IMG/VR virus record: IMGVR_UViG_3300008886_000001 | Location: 4,181 to 68,180 of that record | DNA length: 64,000 nucleotides | Reading direction: 5' to 3' (one strand) | From: a virus | In this document: positions 29,094 to 37,302 of the stretch, in pieces | Layout of the letters: every line of letters starts with the position of its first letter | Position numbering within the stretch: the stretch's first letter is position 1 | The notes under the pieces: model-generated | The model's input: the letters and a program-made list of their open reading frames with translations, nothing else | What the model was told of the DNA's origin: nothing | Databases searched by the model: none | Translations under genes and position numbers: made by a program

Positions 29094-29366
29094 CGTATTG
29101 CTTAATGGTATACGTATGGTAGATTCGGTTCGGGGTGAGAAACACTAACGGGAGATGGTGATGATAACGGTCCTTTGGACGGAAGTGGTTTCGGTGAGCT
29201 TCAAGCGGTTCGGGTGGTGCTTGTGGCACTACAGCAGTGAGGCCGGATTGACGGTGGTTCAAGTGGGTGGAATGGTAATTGAAGTTTCGTGGTAGCGTAT
29301 TGCTTCAAGATATACTTATGGTAGATTCGGTTCGGGGTGAGAAACACTAACGGGAGATGGTGATGA
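29094..29366 (+). repeat. Two ~71-bp direct repeats (29094-29164, 29296-29366), each promoter + leader + SD + start
   Basis: ATGGTAGATTCGGTTCGGGGTGAGAAACACTAACGGGAGATGGTGATGA identical in both. Confidence 0.9.
29155..29295 (+). CDS. 46-aa hypothetical early protein
   Basis: GGAG SD, between promoter repeats; ends in TAG. Confidence 0.5.
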   Translation: MVMITVLWTEVVSVSFKRFGWCLWHYSSEAGLTVVQVGGMVIEVSW

Positions 29367-29602
29367 GTGCGGTACAAATGCGGGTTGCGGTACAAGTGCG
29401 AACGGTGGAGCGAGGGTCATGGAGATGGCAGGATGCGTTCCGGGTCCAGCTCGTTCAGTGCCCGGTGGGTGAGTCGCCGGACTGTCGGAGGAGGAGTCAC
29501 ACGCTGGTCAGTGTGATCGCGAAGAAGACAGCCCATCCTCGGCAATATCTGGAGATGGCGGAGATGAAGGCGAACGAGCTGACAGCGGAGATGAAGCGGT
29601 AA
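29357..29602 (+). CDS. Hypothetical early protein
   Basis: GGAG SD after second promoter repeat. Confidence 0.55.
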   Translation: MVMSAVQMRVAVQVRTVERGSWRWQDAFRVQLVQCPVGESPDCRRRSHTLVSVIAKKTAHPRQYLEMAEMKANELTAEMKR

Positions 29603-29612
29603 TCGGGTCGTA

Positions 29613-29653
29613 GGTCCGACAAGCGGCAGGTGAGTGCAAGCCTCACCCGGACC
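29613..29653 (+). ncRNA. T-loop-like structured RNA element, copy A
   Basis: GGTCCG/CGGACC stem, 10-nt bulge ACAAGCGGCA, GGTGAG/CTCACC stem, loop TGCAAGC. Confidence 0.6.
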
Positions 29654-29693
29654 ACTCCGAGCAATCCCGCTCGGTACCACTGGAGGATATGTG

Positions 29694-29996
29694 ATGAGTG
29701 TGCGTCTTGATCTGTCCCTGACGAACGTGATCCTGTACCGCGACTGTCAAATTGAGACAGTCGCGGGGCGCCAAAACCTCACGACCCCTATACCCGACGC
29801 GGTCAACCTGGTCGGCCGCAACGTGAACGAGTGGGTACAGACTATCCCTACCGACGCGCGGACCGACATTACCCTGACCGGCCCGATGGCCGTGTGGGCA
29901 TACCTGATCGTGTTCCACGCGGTCGTTCACGCCTTCGGTCGGGTGTACTACGACGACGGGCGTAACGGGCCGGTGCTAATCGCTGCGCACGGATAA
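29694..29996 (+). CDS. Csx3/Crn3-like protein (putative cyclic oligoadenylate ring nuclease)
   Basis: ITLTGPMAVWAYLIVFHAVVH...YYDDGRNGPVLIAAH matches the Csx3 G-x4-W-x6-H-x3-H-x6-YD..R.G.V....H pattern; 100 aa; GGAGGA SD. Confidence 0.65.
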   Translation: MSVRLDLSLTNVILYRDCQIETVAGRQNLTTPIPDAVNLVGRNVNEWVQTIPTDARTDITLTGPMAVWAYLIVFHAVVHAFGRVYYDDGRNGPVLIAAHG

Positions 29997-30003
29997 CGTC
30001 ACA

Positions 30004-30044
30004 TCCCCGTCAAGCGGCTGACCGGTGCAAGCCCGGTCCGGGGA
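30004..30044 (+). ncRNA. T-loop-like structured RNA element, copy B
   Basis: TCCCCG/CGGGGA stem, bulge TCAAGCGGCT, GACCGG/CCGGTC stem, loop TGCAAGC. Confidence 0.6.
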
Positions 30045-30073
30045 ACTGTCTCAAATCTATGGGAGGATCGGTA

Positions 30074-30364
30074 ATGGAAACGTGCAACGCAATCGATGTG
30101 AAGCCGGTGCCGAAGTCCACTCCGAAGGGTGCAGTGCGATTAGTTCGCGCTCGGGCTGTTAGAGCCTTAACCTACACGAGTTTCGGGGGCCGATGCGAGA
30201 CCTGGCTACCGGTTGGATACTGGCGGGTGGAAGGTGACTGTCTCGTTCGAGCGGGGCGCGATGGTGGGGAACTGGTTCCAGCCCTAATACTTCTGAGGCC
30301 GGCCCCACTCACGCAAGACGGTGTATGGTATGTGGCACCGGCAGCTCTGGGGTTGGGGAAGTAA
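30074..30364 (+). CDS. Hypothetical early protein
   Basis: GGAGGA SD. Confidence 0.5.
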   Translation: METCNAIDVKPVPKSTPKGAVRLVRARAVRALTYTSFGGRCETWLPVGYWRVEGDCLVRAGRDGGELVPALILLRPAPLTQDGVWYVAPAALGLGK

Positions 30365-30453
30365 CATATGGATACGTATTGCTTACTGACATACGTATGG
30401 TACATTCGGGCGGTCGGGTTGAGGAGTCCAACACACACGAACGAGGTCACATA

Positions 30454-30714
30454 ATGAGCGCGTTCAGCTATGCACCGGGGCTGCCACTGGTGCCGAAGGT
30501 CTACACTGCGAAGAGGTTCAGTGATGGGAGCCGAACCGTGTATACGTGCGGGATGAATCTGGGCGTTGGACGGTCTGGGCAGGTGTACTGGATGGACGAT
30601 TGGGGCCGGGTGGAAGAGTTAGTATCGGCTGGTGTGCTGGTCCGCGAGATCCATAACGGAGAGGGCACCACCGGACACGACACGTACCGGCTTGACGACT
30701 GGTTCATTGAGTAG
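30454..30714 (+). CDS. Hypothetical early protein
   Basis: Follows promoter copy 3, GAGG SD; ends in TAG. Confidence 0.55.
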   Translation: MSAFSYAPGLPLVPKVYTAKRFSDGSRTVYTCGMNLGVGRSGQVYWMDDWGRVEELVSAGVLVREIHNGEGTTGHDTYRLDDWFIE

Positions 30715-30809
30715 ATTTTATTCAACCTAATGTATTGCTTAAAGACATACGTCAGGGTAGTATCTCCCTCAGTTACGCGGTTCACAAACCACACGCACAA
30801 GGGGTTAAC

Positions 30810-31325
30810 ATGGCACGCACAAAGACGACAGTTTCGGGTCTGTTCGGTTCCCTGCTACGGCCGTTGACGGATGCGGTCTACGCGGAGACGGGTAAGCGGG
30901 TGACAGTTGCCGGGTGGGGCCGTGTTCTGCGGTCCCTGGTCGCTACCGGGCTGCGGATGATCGCCGATGCTCTCCAGCCAGCTCCCGTGGCCATGAAGAC
31001 CGAACCCCGCCCGGCCGATCCGGTGGGGCAACACCCGCGAGGGCTACCACATGCGGGCCTTCAACGTCGAACGGTTGCCCGAGGGTGCCTACCGCGCCCC
31101 GACCGACGAGGAGCGAGCCGTGTTCGCCACGGTAGTGACGGAACGCAAGGCAAAGGAGAAAGCCGACAAGGGCGCGGTGCCGTCGCTGATCAACCCGACC
31201 GATGCCGACGCGGAGAAGCTACAAGCGCGGTGGAACGCGACGGCCAAAGCCAGGGACGCACGCACCCCGGAATCAGCCGTGCTCCGCATGACGCAAGCGG
31301 AATACTCGGCGCGCAGCAAGGGTGA
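30810..31325 (+). CDS. Hypothetical protein (3' half overlaps next ORF; true extent uncertain)
   Basis: Follows promoter copy 4. Confidence 0.3.
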   Translation: MARTKTTVSGLFGSLLRPLTDAVYAETGKRVTVAGWGRVLRSLVATGLRMIADALQPAPVAMKTEPRPADPVGQHPRGLPHAGLQRRTVARGCLPRPDRRGASRVRHGSDGTQGKGESRQGRGAVADQPDRCRRGEATSAVERDGQSQGRTHPGISRAPHDASGILGAQQG

Positions 31326-31764
31326 CGGCCCGTGCGAGACGTCCGACATCTCGGAGCAATTGCGCATCCGTCGGACGGATTACACGGGTCGCGATGGGGG
31401 CGGGCGGGTGACTGTGTTCAAGGTTCGCACGGGGATCGCGGGCGGCTACTCGTACTCCGCAGCGCGCAGGGTGATCGTCCTGACCGACAAGCCGCAAAAG
31501 GCGTTGCCCTGGAGCACGGCCGAAGCTATCCGCGAAACGATGCCGACCGTCGAGATGTTGCGCTCGCGGCTCGCCGAGTTGGCCGAGTTGATCCGCTCCC
31601 ACCGGTTGTCGATGGAGTACACAGCGGAGGAAAAGCAACTCCTCGCCGACGCGGCCTATGTCGGGTGGGCCTATGAGGCGTCCGCATCTCAGCGCGGGTG
31701 GACGGAAGTGGGCGCGGCGGTCTACAAGATGTTCGCGGCACAGGTTGAAGCGGTCGTGGTCTGA
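31051..31764 (+). CDS. Hypothetical protein (mobile-element type, precedes methyltransferase)
   Basis: 237 aa ORF, YRAPTDEE motif. Confidence 0.55.
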   Translation: MRAFNVERLPEGAYRAPTDEERAVFATVVTERKAKEKADKGAVPSLINPTDADAEKLQARWNATAKARDARTPESAVLRMTQAEYSARSKGDGPCETSDISEQLRIRRTDYTGRDGGGRVTVFKVRTGIAGGYSYSAARRVIVLTDKPQKALPWSTAEAIRETMPTVEMLRSRLAELAELIRSHRLSMEYTAEEKQLLADAAYVGWAYEASASQRGWTEVGAAVYKMFAAQVEAVVV

Positions 31765-31813
31765 TCCCATTCACCCGGCCGGATGTCCGGCCGGGTTCCT
31801 CAGAGTGTTTCCG

Positions 31814-32455
31814 ATGAGCGAACGCGACTCCCGCCGCACCGGCATTCTCCGGTTACGGCATCTGAAGGAAGTGAACGAAGCAAAAGGTGAAGAGATGGTA
31901 GCACAGCAGGAGCGATTCGCCCGGCTCGCCGATCCGGCGAGCGCTCCCCGGGTGGTCACGGCCTTCAATCTCTTTCAAACGCCCGAGCCTTTGGCCGAAC
32001 GACTGGCCGGGATGTTCGACCGGTTCGGCCGCACACTGGAACCGTCCGCCGGTCTGGGCCGACTCTACCAGACCGTGCGGGTGCGGTCTGGCGAGTGCCC
32101 GATAACTCTGGTGGACAGCTCGCCAGCGTGCTGTGGAGAGCTGTACCGGGTGACTTCGACGGACCCGGCCGTGAGACTGGTGCAGGGCGATTTCCTGACG
32201 ATGGGTGTGGGTCGGTTGGGGCTGTTTGATTCGATCATCATGAACCCACCATTCCGTTTAGGAGCGGACATCAAACACATTCGGCACGCGCTCGAGTTGC
32301 TCGCCCCAGGTGGGCAACTGGTTGCGATTTGTGCGGCAGGGATCAAACGTCGGATTGCGCTCGAGGACGCGACCGAATGGATTGACCTGCCAGATGGGAG
32401 CTTCAAGAGTGAGGGGACGGCGGTCGGCACAGCAGTCGTCGTGTTCAGAAAGTAA
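31814..32455 (+). CDS. SAM-dependent methyltransferase, N6-adenine type (NPPF)
   Basis: LFQTP...LEPSAGLG (motif I)...GDFL...IIMNPPF (motif IV). Confidence 0.85.
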   Translation: MSERDSRRTGILRLRHLKEVNEAKGEEMVAQQERFARLADPASAPRVVTAFNLFQTPEPLAERLAGMFDRFGRTLEPSAGLGRLYQTVRVRSGECPITLVDSSPACCGELYRVTSTDPAVRLVQGDFLTMGVGRLGLFDSIIMNPPFRLGADIKHIRHALELLAPGGQLVAICAAGIKRRIALEDATEWIDLPDGSFKSEGTAVGTAVVVFRK

Positions 32456-32530
32456 TTTCAACTGTCGTATTGCTTGTTGCACTACGCATGGTAGAACGGT
32501 GGCGGGTCGGTACACATGCCACACACGGAG

Positions 32531-33025
32531 ATGGTCATGGTTGATACACGGTGGATGATCCGGCGAGATATTCCGCAAATTATCGCGCTTGAGAAGGCGG
32601 CCGCTGGTGTGTGGCGGGAAGCGGCCTTTCTGGCCGCTCTCAAGAAACGCAACTGTATCGGAATGGTAGCTACAGAAGGTGACCAGATCACGGGGTTCGT
32701 CGTGTACCGACTTCGCCGCGATGATTTGAGTGTGGTGAAGTTCGTGGCACCGAGTGCGGAGGCCAAAACCGTTCTTGGCGAGAAGTTAGTTTTCAAATGT
32801 AACTCACACCGGCGCCCGCGCTTGAAAGTTACATCGTCGCGGAAGTGGGTGACGGACACGGTGCGGCAATTATGCCGAGTTAAAGAGGGATCGCCGCCCG
32901 CGATCCTCGCCGACGCATTGGATGATGCGCGTTGCCCACACACATGGCTCACGAAGATCCTGCGTGGCGACGAAGATACGGCATGGGCGATGTACACCGT
33001 TCTCGCACCGACATTGCGAGTGTGA
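32531..33025 (+). CDS. Degenerate RimI-like GNAT fragment fused to Gemmata-type ILADALxDAxC domain
   Basis: TRWMIRRDI...KKRNCIGMVA.EG..I.GF.VY resembles planctomycete RimI; acetyl-CoA RxxGxG loop absent; PAILADALDDARC. Confidence 0.6.
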   Translation: MVMVDTRWMIRRDIPQIIALEKAAAGVWREAAFLAALKKRNCIGMVATEGDQITGFVVYRLRRDDLSVVKFVAPSAEAKTVLGEKLVFKCNSHRRPRLKVTSSRKWVTDTVRQLCRVKEGSPPAILADALDDARCPHTWLTKILRGDEDTAWAMYTVLAPTLRV

Positions 33026-33076
33026 ACCACACTGGCCGTGGCAATCGGCTGCGGTCCTTACTAGGAGGATAATTCG

Positions 33077-33373
33077 ATGGCAAACATGATGCCTTATGGA
33101 GAGCAGCCCGCGCATCCCTGTGATGTTCCCGTTGAACGTCACGATGGTGGGGAAACAAAGCGGCGTGCGTCCGGTCTCACGATTCGCGACCACTTCGCCG
33201 GCGTCGCCCTAACGGGGTTACTCGCGGCAGAGAGCGATAGTGAGGGGACGGGCATACCTTTCGGCAACTGCGACAAGTTCGCGCCATCGGCCGCAATATT
33301 CGCCCAAATGGCATATATGCTGGCGGACGCAATGATCTCGGCCCGCGATGTGAACCAGGAGTGCCCGTTTTGA
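33077..33373 (+). CDS. Conserved small phage protein (GLTIRDHFAG...AYMLADAMI family)
   Basis: Recognisable motif, GGAGGA SD. Confidence 0.7.
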   Translation: MANMMPYGEQPAHPCDVPVERHDGGETKRRASGLTIRDHFAGVALTGLLAAESDSEGTGIPFGNCDKFAPSAAIFAQMAYMLADAMISARDVNQECPF

Positions 33374-33418
33374 TCGCGCTGTGGCCCGTGGCGTGAAACA
33401 GGAGTAGATGTCGTGTAC

Positions 33419-33553
33419 ATGTGCATTGAATGTCGCCTGACCCCCGCCGAGCTGTTCGCGTTCGGCGGCCTGTTGCTTCTGACCGTCGCCCACCTGGTCC
33501 GCACCTGGCGCGGGCCGGTCTTCAGCGACGACGATTTACCCGAGGTGCTGTGA
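33419..33553 (+). CDS. 44-aa single-TM protein
   Basis: MCIECRLTPAELFAFGGLLLLTVAHL..., TGA overlaps next ATG. Confidence 0.4.
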   Translation: MCIECRLTPAELFAFGGLLLLTVAHLVRTWRGPVFSDDDLPEVL

Positions 33554-33756
33554 TGTGTGAGCGATTCACTGTGATTTGCATTCCCGGCCCTGACAGTGAA
33601 CCGGATCATTGTGGCAACTGGTTTGTGCACGACACGGTCACGGACACTTACGAGGAGTTCCCGGACCGCAGCGCCGCCTATCAAGCGGCGCGGGAACGGA
33701 ACGCGGCGCAGGGGCAAAGCGACACCGCAGCGGAGGGCGCCGACGATGCTCCTTGA
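33553..33756 (+). CDS. Hypothetical protein
   Basis: TGATG coupling. Confidence 0.5.
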   Translation: MCERFTVICIPGPDSEPDHCGNWFVHDTVTDTYEEFPDRSAAYQAARERNAAQGQSDTAAEGADDAP

Positions 33757-34153
33757 TGAATTACTCAAGGCGCCGACCGGATCGGATGACCCGGTTCCCG
33801 CCCAACCGCTGCTCGAAGTGCTGCCCGAGCGGGACGGCAAGCGGAACGCGATCCGCTGGTTTGCTGCTACCGATGATCACACGCCGCAAGCCGGGTTCGT
33901 GGTGATCGATACGCCCGATGCGAGCACCTGTTACGTCGTCACCGAGTTCCCGACCGTGTGGCCGGGCCGAGGGTTCTACTTGCGAAAATGGGTGAGCCGA
34001 TCGGGCAGGGACAAGGACGTTGAAGCGTATTCTGTGCTCTGCGCTAAGGCCGGGGCACGGGCCGATACTTGCGAATGCCGGGGGTTCGTCCGCTGGTCGC
34101 ACTGCAAACATGCGGACGCGATGCGGGCACTTGTTGAAAATCGGTGGGTGTGA
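33746..34153 (+). CDS. SWIM zinc-finger protein
   Basis: TCECRGF...HCKH. Confidence 0.75.
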   Translation: MLLDELLKAPTGSDDPVPAQPLLEVLPERDGKRNAIRWFAATDDHTPQAGFVVIDTPDASTCYVVTEFPTVWPGRGFYLRKWVSRSGRDKDVEAYSVLCAKAGARADTCECRGFVRWSHCKHADAMRALVENRWV

Positions 34154-34155
34154 TC

Positions 34156-34482
34156 ATGATGACAACAAAGCCACGCGCGACCGCAACACCATCGACCGCT
34201 CTCGCGCTCTGGTGGGCGATCCCGCAACCTGTTCGCACGGAGCTGCGGGCTCGCTGCCCGCTCGATTCGACCACTGTTCGAGGTGACTGCCTGATTGTCG
34301 CTGTGGGCTCTGGCACGCCGCTTCGTTGGCTGTGCGTGGAGTCGCTGCCCGATGGGCTTCTTCGTGTGCGGTTGTGGGAGGTAGGGCCGAAACTGAAGGA
34401 GCTGGGACATGCGACCGTCCCAGCTGATGGACTGATCGCCACGCTTCAGGTATTCGCTCGTGAGTTCGCGTTGAGCGAATGA
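34156..34482 (+). CDS. Hypothetical protein
   Basis: Operonic ORF. Confidence 0.5.
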   Translation: MMTTKPRATATPSTALALWWAIPQPVRTELRARCPLDSTTVRGDCLIVAVGSGTPLRWLCVESLPDGLLRVRLWEVGPKLKELGHATVPADGLIATLQVFAREFALSE

Positions 34483-34706
34483 GAGGTTTGGAGGGCATCG
34501 AGTGTCGTGTCGAGGGCACTCGCGATCTTGGCTGCGAGTACCAGTGAGACGTTGAGTTTGCCCCGTTCGATTTTGCTGAGCGCGGCAAGCTGTACTCCCA
34601 CATGTGGGGAGAGATCTGCCAGTGTCATGCCCAGCGATTCCCGGCGAGTGCGGACCGCCGCCCCGAACCGAGCCAAAATCACATCTACGGTGGTTGTGCT
34701 GTCCAT
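34446..34706 (-). CDS. XRE-family HTH regulator
   Basis: FGAAVRTRRESLGMTLADLS...LSKIERGKLNVSL..AAKIASAL. Confidence 0.9.
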   Translation of the reverse strand: MDSTTTVDVILARFGAAVRTRRESLGMTLADLSPHVGVQLAALSKIERGKLNVSLVLAAKIASALDTTLDALQTSHSLNANSRANT

Positions 34707-34722
34707 GATTACATTGTACCAC

Positions 34723-34792
34723 TTATCCTGACGGGAAAATCGCTTTCAGGAAATATGCGATTTCTTCTTGATTTAGTTTCCTGATAGGATAA
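34723..34792. promoter_or_regulatory. Divergent promoter with two inverted operator-like sites TTATCCTNNCRGGAAA (34723-34738, 34777-34792)
   Basis: TTATCCTGACGGGAAA and reverse complement TTATCCTATCAGGAAA, between XRE gene and divergent operon. Confidence 0.55.
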
Positions 34793-34845
34793 TATACCTA
34801 CATGAACGCGACGCACGCTGCGACGCGGCAACGGGAGACGAGATC

Positions 34846-35262
34846 ATGGCGACGATTGCTCCTATCAGTGAGGTTGTCTTTTACCGCGAATCAACGTTCG
34901 GGCCAGCGATCCGGCATGCTGGTGACACCCTTCATCAGGCTCGGTCCGTGGTCTCAGCTCACGAGGGTCACGGTCCGCTGTTGGTTGTGCGATTCGACCG
35001 ATGGGTGGAAGTGATCCCGGTTCGCCTGCGCGAGTACCCCGACGCTCAGCGAAACGAGCGTCGCGATGGATTCAATCTCAGCTACTCCTGCGATCTCGAG
35101 CCCACCGGGCGGACATGGCCGGTATCTCTGACGCGTCTCGGCGCGGTGATTGATGGCGTCGAGTACCGTCGTGAATTCGCGGCGTGGCCGCTTGAGCAAC
35201 CGCTCTTTGCCACGGAAGAGGATGCAGAGGAGTACAGCCGGCGCCGTGCAGCGGCCGTTTGA
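34846..35262 (+). CDS. Hypothetical protein
   Basis: GGAG SD. Confidence 0.55.
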   Translation: MATIAPISEVVFYRESTFGPAIRHAGDTLHQARSVVSAHEGHGPLLVVRFDRWVEVIPVRLREYPDAQRNERRDGFNLSYSCDLEPTGRTWPVSLTRLGAVIDGVEYRREFAAWPLEQPLFATEEDAEEYSRRRAAAV

Positions 35263-35270
35263 TTTTCTCG

Positions 35271-35327
35271 AGCCCGACCAGCGGCATCACGGTGCAAGCC
35301 CGTGACGGTGCAAGCCCGTGGCGGGTT
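35271..35327 (+). ncRNA. T-loop-like structured RNA element, copy C, with internal 16-bp tandem duplication
   Basis: AGCCCG/CGGGTT stem, bulge ACCAGCGGCA, TCACGG stem, loop TGCAAGC; ACGGTGCAAGCCCGTG twice. Confidence 0.55.
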
Positions 35328-35371
35328 CCTTCACGCGACGCACATCGCGACGCAACAACGGAGGGATGACG

Positions 35372-36211
35372 ATGGCAACTTCCAGTTTGAACCGCCGAGA
35401 ACTGAGTATTCGCCTCCACCCGCAGATGGAGGCGGCACTCAATCCAGAGGCCAGCACTGACCGCCTGCTCGACGTGTACGCTCGGTGGGTGTCGGTGTCG
35501 CAGCAGGGCACGGGCGCCGCGACGGAACAGGACTGGACCGACTACCTGCGTGCGGCCGAGCGCCTCGAAGCCGACGCGGCCAGACTGGACGCCCTGGTCA
35601 CCAAACCGATCGACATGCAACGGTTGCGACGGCACATCAGGCATGTGGCCGTCATGCACGAGTACCCGAGCGGTCCGGTTTGGGTTTACACATACTGTGG
35701 CAAGGGGTTTTACAAGATCTACAAAACCTCGAATCCGAATGTGGTGGCGCAATTGACGGACCAACTGGAGGCCGAGTTGGATGAGGCTCTTGTCGCGAAA
35801 GCGATTGGTGAGGCGGTGTTGGTCCGGCGACGGGTCAAAAACTGCCGGGAGGACGACCGCCGTAACCCGCACTACAGTCGTCGGACCGACGACGATCTCA
35901 AAGCCATCGTCACCCGGGCACTGGACGAAGGGTGGGCGGACGGCGGCCTGTGCTACGCAGCGATGGGTGCCATCGAGATTATCCGCCGCCGTTTGCGGGC
36001 GGTGGGGGTGACGGACTTCGCCGAGGCCCTCCGCGAGCGGATCGCTCGCATTGAAGCCCGGAAGCGGGCAAAGAGCGAGTTGCCCGCGGCCCGTGCCCGT
36101 CTGGCAGTCTACCGCCAGAATGAGGCCACATACCGGGCCAACGGCCACGACATTGACGAACTGATCCGCCAAGAAGAGACGCGGGTTCGTGAATGCGAAG
36201 CCGCGTTGTGA
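35372..36211 (+). CDS. Hypothetical helical protein
   Basis: GGAGG SD, 279 aa. Confidence 0.6.
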   Translation: MATSSLNRRELSIRLHPQMEAALNPEASTDRLLDVYARWVSVSQQGTGAATEQDWTDYLRAAERLEADAARLDALVTKPIDMQRLRRHIRHVAVMHEYPSGPVWVYTYCGKGFYKIYKTSNPNVVAQLTDQLEAELDEALVAKAIGEAVLVRRRVKNCREDDRRNPHYSRRTDDDLKAIVTRALDEGWADGGLCYAAMGAIEIIRRRLRAVGVTDFAEALRERIARIEARKRAKSELPAARARLAVYRQNEATYRANGHDIDELIRQEETRVRECEAAL

Positions 36212-36277
36212 TCTTAACTAGCTCCCTTCACGCCGTCGGCACGGTGCCGGCGGCTCACCCCGAACCTGGAGAAGAAT

Positions 36278-36592
36278 TTGGTCACCCATATCATTTATTT
36301 CGAGACGTATGATTTCTCCGTCCCGGCACGCGACCGTCGCTCGGTCCTCATCCGAGCAACGGCCGCTCCCGAACACGACGACATCGAGCGGGCCGTGCGC
36401 CTGTGGACCGCAGACGGACCCGGACGACGGTGCGGTCCGGCGACGATAGGCGGCCTAGGTTCGTTCCTGGATTCGCGATTCTGTTACGCGGACGGGGTCC
36501 GCGCGGGGGAGATATCCACCGTCACGGCCGATGTGTACGACAGGGACCAGCGGATTTTCGCGTCCCTACCCCGCACGCTGGAAACGTGTTGA
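36278..36592 (+). CDS. Hypothetical protein
   Basis: GGAG SD, TTG start. Confidence 0.45.
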   Translation: MVTHIIYFETYDFSVPARDRRSVLIRATAAPEHDDIERAVRLWTADGPGRRCGPATIGGLGSFLDSRFCYADGVRAGEISTVTADVYDRDQRIFASLPRTLETC

Positions 36593-36617
36593 ATACCCGA
36601 CGATTGGCGGGTATAAC
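36589..36617 (+). promoter_or_regulatory. Sigma70-like promoter with overlapping inverted repeat ATACCCG-N8-CGGGTAT
   Basis: TTGAAT-17 nt-TATAAC. Confidence 0.55.
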
Positions 36618-36676
36618 TATCTACATGAGGCAACAGCCTCACCCGATCCCGCCGGTCGCGGGGCAAAGGGTCTCTG

Positions 36677-37021
36677 ATGAAAACGCTACAGCAATGGACG
36701 GGCGAGGGGTACGAGCGGGTCATGAGTCGGGGCCAGCGCCGGGATCTCGTGCAGGGGCGCCAGCACCGCATCATTCTGACGAACGGGGTGGACGGGTCCG
36801 GCCTCCAGACCGGTTGCGTCGCCGTCGTCCTGCTCGGGCGAGACGAGGTCTATGGCGGATGGACCCGGATCGAGTCGCGTCCGGTCGCCGTGGTGGAGGA
36901 TTTCGTCTCCGACGTTCTGCGTCGCGGCGGAGATGGGCCGGGAATTCTCTCGTTCGCCCGCACGGCGGAAATCAACGCGGCGGCGGCCGAAATGAGGGCT
37001 CTCGTGGGAGAATGGGCATGA
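36677..37021 (+). CDS. Hypothetical protein
   Basis: Operonic ORF. Confidence 0.5.
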   Translation: MKTLQQWTGEGYERVMSRGQRRDLVQGRQHRIILTNGVDGSGLQTGCVAVVLLGRDEVYGGWTRIESRPVAVVEDFVSDVLRRGGDGPGILSFARTAEINAAAAEMRALVGEWA

Positions 37022-37296
37022 ACATCACCCACACAATCGCTGGTCGCCCCGCCCTGCGATATCTACCTCATCATCACCGCGGCCCGGTCCTGAATCGCAC
37101 CCATGCGGTGAGCACCCCGACACAGGCGATCTACACCGGCGCGATCGCGCGAACGATCTGCGGTGCAGCAATCGGTGTGGAGGAGTTGCCCGAACGACTC
37201 GCGGCCGCGAACGGTGGGCCGCTCTACAACTGTCTCCCGGCGAGTGCGGGCGCCCGCGTTACCTGCCGAGACTGTTTCAAAAAACTCCGGGGATGA
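37018..37296 (+). CDS. Hypothetical protein with C-terminal CxxC
   Basis: ATGA overlap; VTCRDC. Confidence 0.5.
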   Translation: MNITHTIAGRPALRYLPHHHRGPVLNRTHAVSTPTQAIYTGAIARTICGAAIGVEELPERLAAANGGPLYNCLPASAGARVTCRDCFKKLRG

Positions 37297-37302
37297 CGAC
37301 TC

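Larger units (their letters stand above)
29094..32498 (+). promoter_or_regulatory. Five early promoters TTGCTT-N16/17-extended -10 with operator-like CGTAT-N11-ATACG (29094, 29296, 30375, 30731, 32466)
   Basis: Aligned by eye; inverted half-sites keep 11-nt spacing in all five. Confidence 0.7.

Noticed and set aside
29094-29366. Possible CRISPR array from the 71-bp direct repeats
   Set aside because: Only two long copies, each a promoter-SD-start unit with an ORF between them; no cas genes
30810-31100. Programmed frameshift joining the 30810 ORF to the 31051 ORF
   Set aside because: No slippery sequence or clear homology support; more likely a recombination junction or wrong start call
31770-36265. 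Other intergenic hairpins (about 31774-31795, 33033-33058, 36231-36255)
   Set aside because: Simple GC stems with no shared loop or U-tract; cannot be assigned a function
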